Shown: piece after piece, positions 27,825 to 37,477 of the stretch
Numbering within the stretch: position 1 is the stretch's first letter
Layout of the letters: the number at the start of each line of letters is the position of its first letter
Origin: a virus
Taxonomy: Duplodnaviria > Caudoviricetes
IMG/VR virus record: IMGVR_UViG_3300048623_000045
Span: 1-60,067 of that record
Length of the DNA stretch: 60,067 nt
Reading direction: 5' to 3' (one strand)
The notes under the pieces: model-generated
What the model saw: the letters and a program-made list of their open reading frames with translations, nothing else
Told to the model about the DNA's origin: nothing
The model's database searches: none
Made by a program: the position numbers and the translations under genes

Positions 27825-28700
27825 CTAGAGTCCGCGCCGGATCATCTCCCGGTGCACAGCTTCATGCTTTAGCTGGTCCCCGCGTGTGACCACGGGAACG
27901 CCCCGGAGCTGCGTCAACTTGTCCACATGCATCTCTTTCGTCTGCCGGGCGGTGTTGCACAGCAGTTTCTCTTCGTCCTCGGTGAACGGAGCATCCGAAG
28001 CCGGGGCTTTCTGGCTCTTCGTGCGGGAAGCCTGTAGCTTCCTGTCGCGAACGCCCCGTTCCTTGATCAGGATCAGAAAGGCTGCGGTGTCGGAGTCCTT
28101 GGCCTTCCCGATCTCTTCCGCCAGTTCCGTGTCCGTAGCGTTCTTCGCGAGTCGGGTCACGTTCTCGCGGTGCCTCCGGTCGGCGAGGGCCTTACGGCCC
28201 AGCTCCATCAGCCGGTCCGCGCAGGCGTCGGCTTCCTGGGCGTCTTTCTCTGCACGCTGATGAGGCCACATGCCCTGGGACTTCCCCATGTACACCAGAC
28301 TCAGAGCGGGAGACATCAGGTTCTCCCACCCAACCGCGCCCAGTTCGAAGGACTGAGCCGCATAGGCGGCGTCCGTTTCCCGGACCAACCTGGCCAGCCG
28401 GTATGCCTGGGCCGCTGCCCGGTGGGCCCCCTCGATCTCAGGGTCGGTGGACGATTCCGCTGCGGTCAGGTGCCCAGCTTCTTTCGCGGACAACCTTCCG
28501 ATCTCCTCTGCGGTCTCCCGCAGGGAGTAGCCGACGATTCCGCCCCGTTCGTTTCGAACCGGGGAGGCTCCCTCTGCCGGACCGATCACGAACCGGCAGT
28601 ACGACAACAGGTGGACGTTGGTGTCGACCCCTTCGTCCAGAACATTCTGTGCCCAGGCACGTTCTTCGTCGGTGATCGCGGCGTCAAGGCGGTTCGGCAC
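27825..28700 (-). CDS. Hypothetical protein (moron-like, opposite strand in the head operon)
   Basis: 291 aa, GAGGAG RBS, visibly lower GC3, own promoter motif, flanking direct repeats. Confidence 0.7.
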   Translation of the reverse strand: MPNRLDAAITDEERAWAQNVLDEGVDTNVHLLSYCRFVIGPAEGASPVRNERGGIVGYSLRETAEEIGRLSAKEAGHLTAAESSTDPEIEGAHRAAAQAYRLARLVRETDAAYAAQSFELGAVGWENLMSPALSLVYMGKSQGMWPHQRAEKDAQEADACADRLMELGRKALADRRHRENVTRLAKNATDTELAEEIGKAKDSDTAAFLILIKERGVRDRKLQASRTKSQKAPASDAPFTEDEEKLLCNTARQTKEMHVDKLTQLRGVPVVTRGDQLKHEAVHREMIRRGL

Positions 28701-28726
28701 GAGGGCTCCTCAATCGGGGGTAACGT

Positions 28727-28742
28727 TGGTTTAATTAAACCA
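28727..28742. promoter_or_regulatory. Perfect palindrome TGGTTTAATTAAACCA (best copy of the genome-wide promoter/operator motif)
   Basis: 16-bp palindrome upstream of 28700; related copies near 4059, 13738, 21744, 36749, 51358, 51805, 52350, 56542, 57203, 58080, 58446, 59785. Confidence 0.75.
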
Positions 28743-28949
28743 TGGAGCATCCCGGTCCTGTAACCCCATCGCTTAGATTACTTAAAGTGATGGGACCCGA
28801 TCAGGCCCACGGGGCTGTTCCACGTCCCTGACCATTATATTTAACCGATTCGACGAAACATATTGATCTTTGCTGTCCCCTGTGGCGGGTGCTAACTTGA
28901 CCCTGAGTAGCGCCTGAGCGCTGACGATCCGGCCACGAGGGGACCGAAC

Positions 28950-30722
28950 ATGGCCCGTGACGAACTGTTCTCCGCCCCGTCGGATCTGACGCTCATGAGC
29001 GTCGCTGACCTGACCGCTCTGCAAGAGCAGGGCATGGCGGAGGTCAACCGGCTCAACTCCGAAGACCCGGGCGAGGTCACCGCGGAGTCAGCGCAGCAGC
29101 GCATCGCCTACGCCGGACACGTCGCGGACGACCTGGACCGCATCGCCGCTGAGCTGGAGGGCAAGCAGGCCACCGCTGCCCGGCTCGCGGAGCAGGCCCG
29201 GATCCGCAACGCGGACCAGATGGCGGCCATTGCGGCCCGCGTCAACGGCCCCGTCGCCCCCGCAGAGCCCGCGGCCCCCGTCGCCGCTGCCGTGGACACC
29301 GACGCGATCGCACGCGCCACCGCGCAGGGCGTCACCGCAGCGCTCGCGGACATGATGGGCAGCAGGTTCCAGGGCCAGGTCACCCGGGCCACCGCATCCC
29401 TGTCCGCCACCGCAGCGGTCGCCCCGCAGACCCAGGGCGAGGTCACTCCCCGGCTCGCGGTCACCGCGTCGATCGACATCCCCGGCAAGGCTGCCGGCGC
29501 CGACATCGTCAGCATGGACGACCTGGGGGACGCGTTCTCCAAGAAGTCCCGCGCCATCCCGATCAGCCGCACCGGTTCCACCGAGCAGGGCCACATCGTG
29601 GCCACGATCAAGAACCAGTTCGAGCACACGGTGGACAACAACACGTCGTTCTCCAAGGTCGGGCAGCTCATCAAGCACCTGACCCGGCCCGAGATGGCCG
29701 AAGCCCTGGTGGCCGGCGGTGGCTGGTGCGCCCCGTCCGAGATCCGGTACGACTTCTTCAACATCGCGTGCTCCGACGGTCTGATCGACCTGCCGACCGT
29801 GGGCATCACCCGGGGCGGAATCCAGTTCCCGGTCTCCCCCTCGCTCGCGGACGCGGTCGGGTCCAACGCCTTCGGCGGGTTCGCGGTCACGTTCTCCAAC
29901 GCATCGGTACCGTGGCTGTGGACCGAGGCGGACGACGAGGCGACCGTCACCGGCTCGCCGAACAAGCCCTGCATGAGGGTGCCCTGCCCGACCTTCGACG
30001 AAGAGCGCCTGGACTGCTACGGCATCTGCCTCACCGCGGGCAACCTCACGAACGACGCGTACCCCGAGGCCACCCAGAACACCCTTCAGCTGCTCATGGC
30101 CGCGCACGAGCGGGCCATCAACGCCCGCCTGATCGCGCTCATGGTCGCGGCCTCCGGCGCTGCCACCGCCATCACGGGCGGCGCAGCGACCGACGCGGCT
30201 GCGCCCCGCATCTACGACGCGGTGAGCCTGGCCGCGACCGACTACCGAGCCCGTTACGGCATGTGCACCGATGACGTGCTGGAGGTCGTCCTCCCGTACT
30301 GGGTGAGGGACGTGCTGCGCGCGGACCTGGCCTGGAAGGCAGGGGTGGACGCCTGGCAGGCGGTCGCGGACGCGGAGATCACCTCGTTCTTCACCGCCCG
30401 CAACGTCCGCGTCCAGTGGGTCAGCGACTGGCAGGTGCGCGGCTCCGGCCAGTTCGGCAACGCGACCGGCCTGGTCGCCTGGCCGACGACGGTCAACTTC
30501 ATGATCTTCGCGGCCGGTACCTTCCTCCACGGCCAGGGCATGACCCTGGACCTGGGCGTGATCCGGGACTCGGTGCTGAACGCGGAGAACGACTACACCG
30601 CAGCCTGGTCCGAGGAGTGCCACCTGATCGCCATGGTGGGCCACGCCTCCCGGCAGTACTCCGTCGGCTTCAACGTCAACGGCTCCACCTCCGCCCTGCT
30701 CACCGGCACCGTCCGCGTCTGA
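28950..30722 (+). CDS. Major capsid protein with N-terminal scaffold-like region
   Basis: Coiled-coil N-terminus, AGGGWCAPSEIRYD, GLIDLP..RGG, LDLGVIRDS.LN..NDY. Confidence 0.88.
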   Translation: MARDELFSAPSDLTLMSVADLTALQEQGMAEVNRLNSEDPGEVTAESAQQRIAYAGHVADDLDRIAAELEGKQATAARLAEQARIRNADQMAAIAARVNGPVAPAEPAAPVAAAVDTDAIARATAQGVTAALADMMGSRFQGQVTRATASLSATAAVAPQTQGEVTPRLAVTASIDIPGKAAGADIVSMDDLGDAFSKKSRAIPISRTGSTEQGHIVATIKNQFEHTVDNNTSFSKVGQLIKHLTRPEMAEALVAGGGWCAPSEIRYDFFNIACSDGLIDLPTVGITRGGIQFPVSPSLADAVGSNAFGGFAVTFSNASVPWLWTEADDEATVTGSPNKPCMRVPCPTFDEERLDCYGICLTAGNLTNDAYPEATQNTLQLLMAAHERAINARLIALMVAASGAATAITGGAATDAAAPRIYDAVSLAATDYRARYGMCTDDVLEVVLPYWVRDVLRADLAWKAGVDAWQAVADAEITSFFTARNVRVQWVSDWQVRGSGQFGNATGLVAWPTTVNFMIFAAGTFLHGQGMTLDLGVIRDSVLNAENDYTAAWSEECHLIAMVGHASRQYSVGFNVNGSTSALLTGTVRV

Positions 30723-30763
30723 TCCCCTTCCCGCAGCGAGCAACAGAAGGGAGGTGAGCGCAG

Positions 30764-31675
30764 GTGGCCAGCGCGCGACCCATCGTCAACCCGCCCGCGT
30801 TCCTTCCCCTGCCGTACGGTCTGTGGGACACGGCGGATCACCCGGCCGCCCCAGCCCACTGGCAGGCTGGCGTTACCTGGATCGACCAGTGCCCGGCCGG
30901 GGACACCACCTATGACGAATGTGTCATCGTCACCGGATCCGACGGGGGAGCTGTACCGGCTCCTCCGGCCAAGACCGACAACGTTCTTCAGGAGTTCCGG
31001 GGCGCCACCCCGTTCACGGTGTTCGCCGAGTTCGACTGCTCCCCGGTCGGGCTGGGGGACGAAGCGGCGATCAACGCCCTGGCGACCGAGGCCCTGGCCA
31101 GGGTGGAGCACAGCCAGGTGGAGGCTGCGTTCTGGACCGGTGTGGCCGGAGGGCAGACGGTTGTCTTCCCGCACCTGGCAGCCGATACCGAAGTCGTGGA
31201 CGAACACGGCATCGTGCTCCAGCCGGCCGCTGTGATCGCCGCTGAGGGGACCGACGCGGTCACTCTTGATCCTGCGGTGGCTTTCGGCCAGTTGGAGCAC
31301 CAGCTTGACCAGTGCTACGGAGGGCGCGGAGTCATCCACGTCCCTCGCTTCGCCCTACCCACCCTGATTTCGTTCCGGGTGGTGCAGGAAGTGGGCGGGA
31401 TCCTGCTCACCACCACGACCGGTAACAAGGTCGTGGTGAGCGGCGACTATCCGGGCACCCGGCCCAACGGGTCCGCTCCTGCAACGGCCACGTCCTGGGT
31501 CTACGCCACCGGACCGGTGTTCGGGTACCGGTCCGAGGTACGGGCCTTCCGGCGCGACGAGAGTTTTGACCGGGCCGAGAACACTGTGAAGATGATCGCC
31601 GAGCGCACGTACGTGTTCGGTTTCCCCTGCTGCCTGCTGGCCGCGCTCATGGACCTTGGCGTCCCCACCGTATAA
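30764..31675 (+). CDS. Virion structural protein (head-associated)
   Basis: PYGL...HWQAGV...AERTYV; follows the capsid gene. Confidence 0.6.
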   Translation: MASARPIVNPPAFLPLPYGLWDTADHPAAPAHWQAGVTWIDQCPAGDTTYDECVIVTGSDGGAVPAPPAKTDNVLQEFRGATPFTVFAEFDCSPVGLGDEAAINALATEALARVEHSQVEAAFWTGVAGGQTVVFPHLAADTEVVDEHGIVLQPAAVIAAEGTDAVTLDPAVAFGQLEHQLDQCYGGRGVIHVPRFALPTLISFRVVQEVGGILLTTTTGNKVVVSGDYPGTRPNGSAPATATSWVYATGPVFGYRSEVRAFRRDESFDRAENTVKMIAERTYVFGFPCCLLAALMDLGVPTV

Positions 31676-31684
31676 GGAGTTGAC

Positions 31685-32359
31685 ATGGCAGCATCCACCT
31701 GTGCAGCTCCCATCAAGGGGACGCACCTGCGCATCGTGGCCGTGGACGTGTGCGGTGTCCCGGTCACCGGGGACTCCGGGCTGGTCATCACCAGCGACGG
31801 GTTCATCCAGGCTGTGATGAGCCCGCAGTACGAGGACGGCACCGAGTTCTTCCAGCGCAACGCCGCAGGCGACGCGTGTATCAACCAGAAGGACAAGCCG
31901 ATCTTCAAGCGGGAAGAGCTGACCGTCGACTGGTGCGAGGTCAACGCTCTGCTCGCCGCGTACGTGATCGACGCCCAGGTACTGGGGGACGGCACTCCCG
32001 TGACCGGGACCGGCTTCGCCTTCGGTGAGGGCGGGGACGACAACCGGTTCTCTCTGGAGATCTGGCAGGAAGTGGCCGGATCCGGTGCCTGCGACAGCTC
32101 GGGCAACCAGAGGTTCATCTACAACGCCTGGCCGAACGTGGGCAACACCCAGCACGGTGACTACACGGTCGAGAACGACAAGAGCACCTTCCAGACCGTG
32201 TCCGAGACACAGGCTGTGGGCGTCAACTGGCTCGAAGAGGTCGGAGCGGACTGGCTTCCGGTGGGCACAGTGCTGGAGACCGGGAGGCACTGGCTGTGGA
32301 ACGTCACCACCACGCCCCCGCCAGACGCCGCCTGCGACTCCACCACGCTCACGCCGTGA
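31685..32359 (+). CDS. Major tail protein
   Basis: IKG..LRI..VD.CG.P, YEDGTEF..RNA.G..C, FSLEIW; AAGGAG RBS. Confidence 0.75.
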   Translation: MAASTCAAPIKGTHLRIVAVDVCGVPVTGDSGLVITSDGFIQAVMSPQYEDGTEFFQRNAAGDACINQKDKPIFKREELTVDWCEVNALLAAYVIDAQVLGDGTPVTGTGFAFGEGGDDNRFSLEIWQEVAGSGACDSSGNQRFIYNAWPNVGNTQHGDYTVENDKSTFQTVSETQAVGVNWLEEVGADWLPVGTVLETGRHWLWNVTTTPPPDAACDSTTLTP

Positions 32360-32379
32360 CCTGACCCGAAGGGCGCGGC

Positions 32380-34419
32380 ATGGCACTGGCCCTGTACTCC
32401 CAGAAGTTCTGGTTCCCCTCCGGCGCACTGGCGCCGGGGGTGGTGTCCAGGGTCTTCCTGCACGACACGAACACCTTCGCCCCGCTGTGGGCCGACGCGG
32501 GCGGCACCGTACCGGTGGCCAACCCCACAGTCACCGATGCGAACGCCTTCCTCACCTTCTGGATCGAGGAAGGCACGTACTGGCTGCACCTGGACACCGA
32601 ATCCTTTGAGATCACCGTGCCCCCGGTCACCGGGTCGTCCGGGCCCACCGGCCCCGCCGGCGGGGACCTGGCCGGCACGTACCCGGATCCATCCGTGGCA
32701 GCGATCGACGGAGTGGTGCTGTCGGGTACGCCCAACGTGGGCGACGTGCTCACCGCCACCGGGGCCGCAGCCGCGGCGTGGACAGCCCCGGAGTCCGTCA
32801 CGCCGGAGTGGGTGTTCGACATCACCGACCCCGCCTACGGCGCCGTGGGGGATGCGCAGGTGGTCGGGGACGGGGTGATGAGCAACGGATCGGCTGTGCT
32901 CACCAGCGCCACCGCGAACTTCCCCGTCGGGATCGTGGGCAAGGCCATCTCGGTCAAGGGCGCCGGGGTCAACGGGGTCACCACCGCGTCCGGCACCGTG
33001 CTGGTCCGCACCAGCGCCACCCAGCTCACGCTGTCGTTCAGCAACGCCTCGGGCGGGGCGCTGGCCAACGCGGTGGTGGTCTGGGGCACGGACAACCAGG
33101 CCACGATCCAGGCCGCGACCGACGCGGCAGAGGCGTACCTGCTCACGCACACCTATGCGCAGGTCTACATACCCCCTCAGCCCTTCATCGTGGCCGGGGC
33201 CCTGAACACGTCCAAGAGCGGCAACGGCCAGGTCGTCTTCGGCCCGCAGCCCACGACCGGCGTGAAGCGGATCCTTGAGTTCCGGGGCGAGAGCGACGGG
33301 GCCGCGGCCGTCCGCCACTGGCAGCAGCTCGTCCCCCAGTTCGCCGGCAGCTGCCTGATCTCCTTCGGCGTGTACGCGTCCACCGCGGCCCAGATCGCCA
33401 GCATCAACGCGGCGGGCAACCCCGGCGTGATCTGCGGGCCCAACGAAGGCAGCGGGTACGGCGTCGGAGCGGTGTACAGCAACACCCAGGCGGTGCTGAA
33501 GAACCTGGCCGTCCTCACAGCCCACAGCGCTTTCGGGCTCACGTACGGCGCCTTCAACTTCTACGGCTGCGCCAACGCGCACGTGGCGAACGTGGGGTAC
33601 GGCACGGCCGGGACCGTGGCCAGCCCGAGCACCGACTACAGCTCCCCCGGCGTGTTCGGAACCGGGCTGAGTATCGGTGCGCTGATGCCTGCACCAGGAA
33701 ACAACGACTACAGCATTGCCAAACGAATCTCGTGCGGGGGCGGGTACACCTACGCGCTCTTCCTCACCGAGCACTCCGTGACGGACCGGCTGATGATCCT
33801 GTACTGCTGGGCGGCACTGTGCCCGGTCGGTACGTACTTCGGGTCCGTCGGGTCCGTGCACGCGATGGAAGTGGTCTCGGCATCGATCGAGGCGTGCGTG
33901 CACGAGCTGTACATCATCGGTCCCGGCAGCAGCGGCGTGGGCCCCACGATCTACGCCAACATCTCCACCGAGTCCAGCACCCCGAACATCGACGGTAACA
34001 GCGCCAACGCGGTGAAGTTCGCCCTGGGCCGGGTCCGCTTGACCGGGCTGTTCACCGAGTCGGGGGTGAGCACGTCCGGTCCGTGCGGGGTCGAGCTGGT
34101 CAACGGGGCGGTACCCAAGGCCATCCGGCGTCTGACCGCCAACTTCACCGCGCGTCCGATCGACCGCACCCTGATCTGCGACACGAACGCCGTGGGCGCC
34201 TTCACCGCCACGCTGCCCGCAGCCGGGGCCGACTTCAACCCGGTGACGTACGTCTTCCACAACACGGGGTCCGACGTGCTGACCGTGGCGACCGGATCCG
34301 CGCAGACCATCACGGCCATGGCACTGCCCGGCGCCACCAGCGTGGTGGTCGCCTCGGGTGCGATACTGCGCCTTGAGGCCCTGTTCGACGGCTCCGCCTG
34401 GGGCTGGTTCGCCGTATGA
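32380..34419 (+). CDS. Fibre/spike-like virion protein
   Basis: GPTGPAGGDLAGTYP, YGAVGD...AIQ-like motif of pectate-lyase-type beta-helix proteins. Confidence 0.6.
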   Translation: MALALYSQKFWFPSGALAPGVVSRVFLHDTNTFAPLWADAGGTVPVANPTVTDANAFLTFWIEEGTYWLHLDTESFEITVPPVTGSSGPTGPAGGDLAGTYPDPSVAAIDGVVLSGTPNVGDVLTATGAAAAAWTAPESVTPEWVFDITDPAYGAVGDAQVVGDGVMSNGSAVLTSATANFPVGIVGKAISVKGAGVNGVTTASGTVLVRTSATQLTLSFSNASGGALANAVVVWGTDNQATIQAATDAAEAYLLTHTYAQVYIPPQPFIVAGALNTSKSGNGQVVFGPQPTTGVKRILEFRGESDGAAAVRHWQQLVPQFAGSCLISFGVYASTAAQIASINAAGNPGVICGPNEGSGYGVGAVYSNTQAVLKNLAVLTAHSAFGLTYGAFNFYGCANAHVANVGYGTAGTVASPSTDYSSPGVFGTGLSIGALMPAPGNNDYSIAKRISCGGGYTYALFLTEHSVTDRLMILYCWAALCPVGTYFGSVGSVHAMEVVSASIEACVHELYIIGPGSSGVGPTIYANISTESSTPNIDGNSANAVKFALGRVRLTGLFTESGVSTSGPCGVELVNGAVPKAIRRLTANFTARPIDRTLICDTNAVGAFTATLPAAGADFNPVTYVFHNTGSDVLTVATGSAQTITAMALPGATSVVVASGAILRLEALFDGSAWGWFAV

Positions 34420-34435
34420 CCCCGGAGGTGACCAC

Positions 34436-34609
34436 GTGGCCCGTGCCCGCTGCCCTGCGACCGACACGCTGACCGTGGACGAAGAACCCCTGGAACTGCG
34501 GTGCGTCCACTGGGGCGAAGAGGGGGCCCACATCGGGGACCACCTGGTCCACACCCAGGCGATCGTGGACGATCACACCTGGCCCAACGACAGTCCCTCC
34601 GACGCCTGA
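34436..34609 (+). CDS. Small hypothetical protein
   Basis: GGAGGTG RBS; C...C...H..DH pattern. Confidence 0.5.
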   Translation: MARARCPATDTLTVDEEPLELRCVHWGEEGAHIGDHLVHTQAIVDDHTWPNDSPSDA

Positions 34610-34624
34610 CCGGGAAGGTACCTG

Positions 34625-35455
34625 ATGCCCGTCATCAACCCGGTGACCGCCACCGGCAGCAACACCGGCACCGATTTCGGTCCGTGCGCGGATTGGCCCG
34701 TCCAGTGGCTGTGCGAGGTGACAGCGGAGACGGCTCCGCTGACCGGGGCCGCTGTGGCGACCGCGACCGAGGTGCTGTGGGCACTGACCGGCATGCGGTT
34801 CGGGCTGTGCACCGTGACGCTGCGCCCGTGCCGTCAGGACTGCTACAGCGGACGGATGTACGACGATTTCGGGCCATCGTGGTTCGCCAACTCCTGGCCC
34901 ACCCCGGCGCTGATCGGCGGACTGTGGTTCAACCTGGTGTGCGGGGGCTGCTCCGGGTCCTGCTCGTGCGGCATGGTGAGCGAGTTCATCCTCCCGGCCC
35001 CGGTGAACGAGATCATCGAGATCAGGATCGATGGCGAGCCGATGGTGACGGGCGGGTACCGCCTGGACAACAACCGGATCGTGGTACGCACCGACGGGGG
35101 AGTCTGGCCCCGCTGCAACGACCTGTCCAAGGACGACACCGAGGCGGACACCTGGTCCGTCACGGCCACGTACGGAGAGGCGGTGCCCGAGGGCGCGGCG
35201 TTCGCCATGGGCGCGCTGGTCTGCGAGATCCTGCGGGCCGCGACAGGGGGCGACTGCAAGCTGCCGGCCGGGCTCCAGCAACTGGTACGCCAGGGCGTGA
35301 CAATCCAGTACCCGGACGTGGGGGCGCTGTTCCGGGACGGCCGTACGGGGCTGTATCTGGTGGACCTGTTCCTGGCCACCTGGAACCCGTACAACCTGCG
35401 TCAGAAAGCCCGGATCGTGAGCCCCGACCGGCCACCGGTCCGGAGGCCCACCTGA
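34625..35455 (+). CDS. Head-to-tail adaptor
   Basis: LWALTG.RFG.C.VTLRPC, WPRCNDL, C.LP...RQGV, TGL..VDL. Confidence 0.8.
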   Translation: MPVINPVTATGSNTGTDFGPCADWPVQWLCEVTAETAPLTGAAVATATEVLWALTGMRFGLCTVTLRPCRQDCYSGRMYDDFGPSWFANSWPTPALIGGLWFNLVCGGCSGSCSCGMVSEFILPAPVNEIIEIRIDGEPMVTGGYRLDNNRIVVRTDGGVWPRCNDLSKDDTEADTWSVTATYGEAVPEGAAFAMGALVCEILRAATGGDCKLPAGLQQLVRQGVTIQYPDVGALFRDGRTGLYLVDLFLATWNPYNLRQKARIVSPDRPPVRRPT

Positions 35456-35958
35456 TGCCGCTCATCACCGGACCCCTGAAGTGGTACACCGTGACGGAGA
35501 CCGTGCGCCTGGCGATCGATGCCGAGATCGCGGCGAACCCTCCGGACCGGTCCTCCGTAGTGCCCGGGGCGATCGCCTGGGACGCCTGCGACTGCGGGCT
35601 GCTGGCCCTGTCCGTGGCCCGGATCTACCTGTCCGACAACTTCCCGCTGCCGCTCACCACCGCGACCGCGTGCAAGGCCGCCTGGGACGTGGCGGAGATC
35701 GTGGTGCAGCTCATCCGCTGCGCCCCCAACCCGGACGATCAGACCCTGGTCCCGACGATCGCGGACCTGGACGCATCTGCCCAGGAGATCTTGACCGACG
35801 CCTACGGCCTGCTGAAGGCGGTGTCCGTCAAACTGTGCGAGATGAAGGCGGACCGGGAGATCATCGACTTCTTCCTGAACCCGCTCACCGCGCAGGGCCC
35901 GTCAGGCGGGTGCGTCGGCAACGAGCTGCGGTTCCTGGTCGCGCTGCCGAGGAACTGA
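35455..35958 (+). CDS. Tail terminator / neck protein
   Basis: VPGAIAWDAC, RC.P, GPSGGCVG. Confidence 0.65.
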   Translation: MPLITGPLKWYTVTETVRLAIDAEIAANPPDRSSVVPGAIAWDACDCGLLALSVARIYLSDNFPLPLTTATACKAAWDVAEIVVQLIRCAPNPDDQTLVPTIADLDASAQEILTDAYGLLKAVSVKLCEMKADREIIDFFLNPLTAQGPSGGCVGNELRFLVALPRN

Positions 35959-35959
35959 C

Positions 35960-36352
35960 ATGTCCTTCAACGTGTCCACCTCGTTCCGGCTCGACCAGAG
36001 CCGCGTAGCGCGTCTCCTGCGGCTCCCCGGGGGCGCGGTGGACAGATCCCTCAGGCGACGCGTGGAACGCGTGCAGGCAGCCGCACAGCGCCTCGCACCG
36101 GGCTCCATGGGCAACGGCATCCGTACGTCCCTGCGCTACACCCACGACGGGCCGGTGGGAACGATCACGTCCACGCACCCCGCGACCATCTACGTGGTGA
36201 ACGGAACCCGGCCCCACATCATCCGGCCGAAGCGCGCCGGGGGCGTCCTGCGGTTCGAGATCGGGGGCCGGGTCGTGTACGCCCGGTACGTCTCGCACCC
36301 CGGAACGCGTCCGAACAACTTCCTCATCGAGGCCCTGCGCGCCGCACTCTGA
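35960..36352 (+). CDS. HK97 gp10-like neck protein
   Basis: VVNGTRPHIIRP...LRF...V.HPGT.PN.FL. Confidence 0.7.
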   Translation: MSFNVSTSFRLDQSRVARLLRLPGGAVDRSLRRRVERVQAAAQRLAPGSMGNGIRTSLRYTHDGPVGTITSTHPATIYVVNGTRPHIIRPKRAGGVLRFEIGGRVVYARYVSHPGTRPNNFLIEALRAAL

Positions 36353-36433
36353 TCCGGTGAGCGACCCAGCACGTCCCGACCCAGACGACTCCCACACCGA
36401 GGCCGATTCCCGGCCAGACGCCCAGCAGGACCC

Positions 36434-36724
36434 CTACCACGGCCCGCACCCCGGCTCGGTGCAGTGGCCGGGGAGGTTGTGCCAGACGCGGACGAAGCGG
36501 TCCGCCTGCCCCGCGTGGGCGGACTCACGCGCCGGGTTCCAGCCCTTGAGCAGGCACAGGGTCCAGCGCAGGCCGCTGATCTGCCCAGTGAGGTTGTCCC
36601 GGACCACGTAGCCGGCGTCGGACAGGTCCCCCAGGATGCGGTCCCGGGCGTGCATGGCCCAGACCACCTGCCCGGCTATCCGGTCGGTGAGTTCGGCCGC
36701 TGTGAGGGCCGTGGGTTTCGTCAT
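36434..36724 (-). CDS. Hypothetical protein (inserted, opposite strand)
   Basis: GACGGAGGAACG RBS and TTTACTTAAA promoter motif upstream. Confidence 0.65.
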   Translation of the reverse strand: MTKPTALTAAELTDRIAGQVVWAMHARDRILGDLSDAGYVVRDNLTGQISGLRWTLCLLKGWNPARESAHAGQADRFVRVWHNLPGHCTEPGCGPW

Positions 36725-36779
36725 CGTTCCTCCGTCGGGTCGGGTTCATTTAAGTAAACCACGGATCCTATCCGGAAAC

Positions 36780-37110
36780 CAGTAACGGAGCGTAACGGAG
36801 GGCCGGGCCCGCACCGACCTGCGGGAGTGTTTTCAGAGTGAGGAGTGTGGGGAACGGCCCTTCTAGGCCATGCCTCTGTGACTGAGCACTCTAAATGATC
36901 TTAAAATCCTCGATCAACTTCTCTTTACTCACAAACGCATGGCCTAGAAGGGAGAAAGTCACACTCCACACCCAAACTCACACCGGAGGGAGCGATTCCG
37001 CCCTGTTTGTCCTTCCATACGTACGGGTGTACCCAGGTGTGTCCGCAAATGCCGGAGTGTGGGCAACGGAATCCACACCCCACACCGCCGAACCCGAACC
37101 CCACACCCTC
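36780..37110. repeat. Second ori-like region: inverted 16-bp repeats, AT-rich core, CACAC iterons
   Basis: cccttctaggccatgc (36858-36873) / gcatggcctagaaggg (36937-36952); shares these motifs with 11745-11777. Confidence 0.6.
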
Positions 37111-37124
37111 ACCGACCGTGACGG

Positions 37125-37418
37125 CTACGCGGGCAGCTTGAGCCGTTCGTACACCGTGCTCGGGTGCAGGCTCAGGCTGCCCGCTATCTCCTGCACGGTG
37201 CGGCCTTCGGACCGAAGCCGACGACATTCCCGAGCTTCCGCGGCGCGGACTCCGGGTGTCCGGACCAGGGTTCTCAGCCGGGCGTTACGCCGCGCGTTCC
37301 ATTCCCGGAAGGCCGTACGACCGCACTCCCGGCAGGCGATGGATCCGCTCTTCAAGCGCCGGGCGTTCGTTTCGGTGTACTCGTGCCCGTGCGGGCAGTG
37401 CGTCTTCGGAGTCCTCAT
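37125..37418 (-). CDS. Zn-finger + HTH DNA-binding protein
   Basis: KTHCPHGHEY..N...CREC (motif seen at the end of actinophage HNH proteins) plus TVQEIAGSLSLHPSTVY. Confidence 0.65.
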   Translation of the reverse strand: MRTPKTHCPHGHEYTETNARRLKSGSIACRECGRTAFREWNARRNARLRTLVRTPGVRAAEARECRRLRSEGRTVQEIAGSLSLHPSTVYERLKLPA

Positions 37419-37477
37419 GCCGTCAGGATGCCCCCGGCCCGGTCAAGATCGCTCCCTCAGTCCCCTACGGTGGCCCC

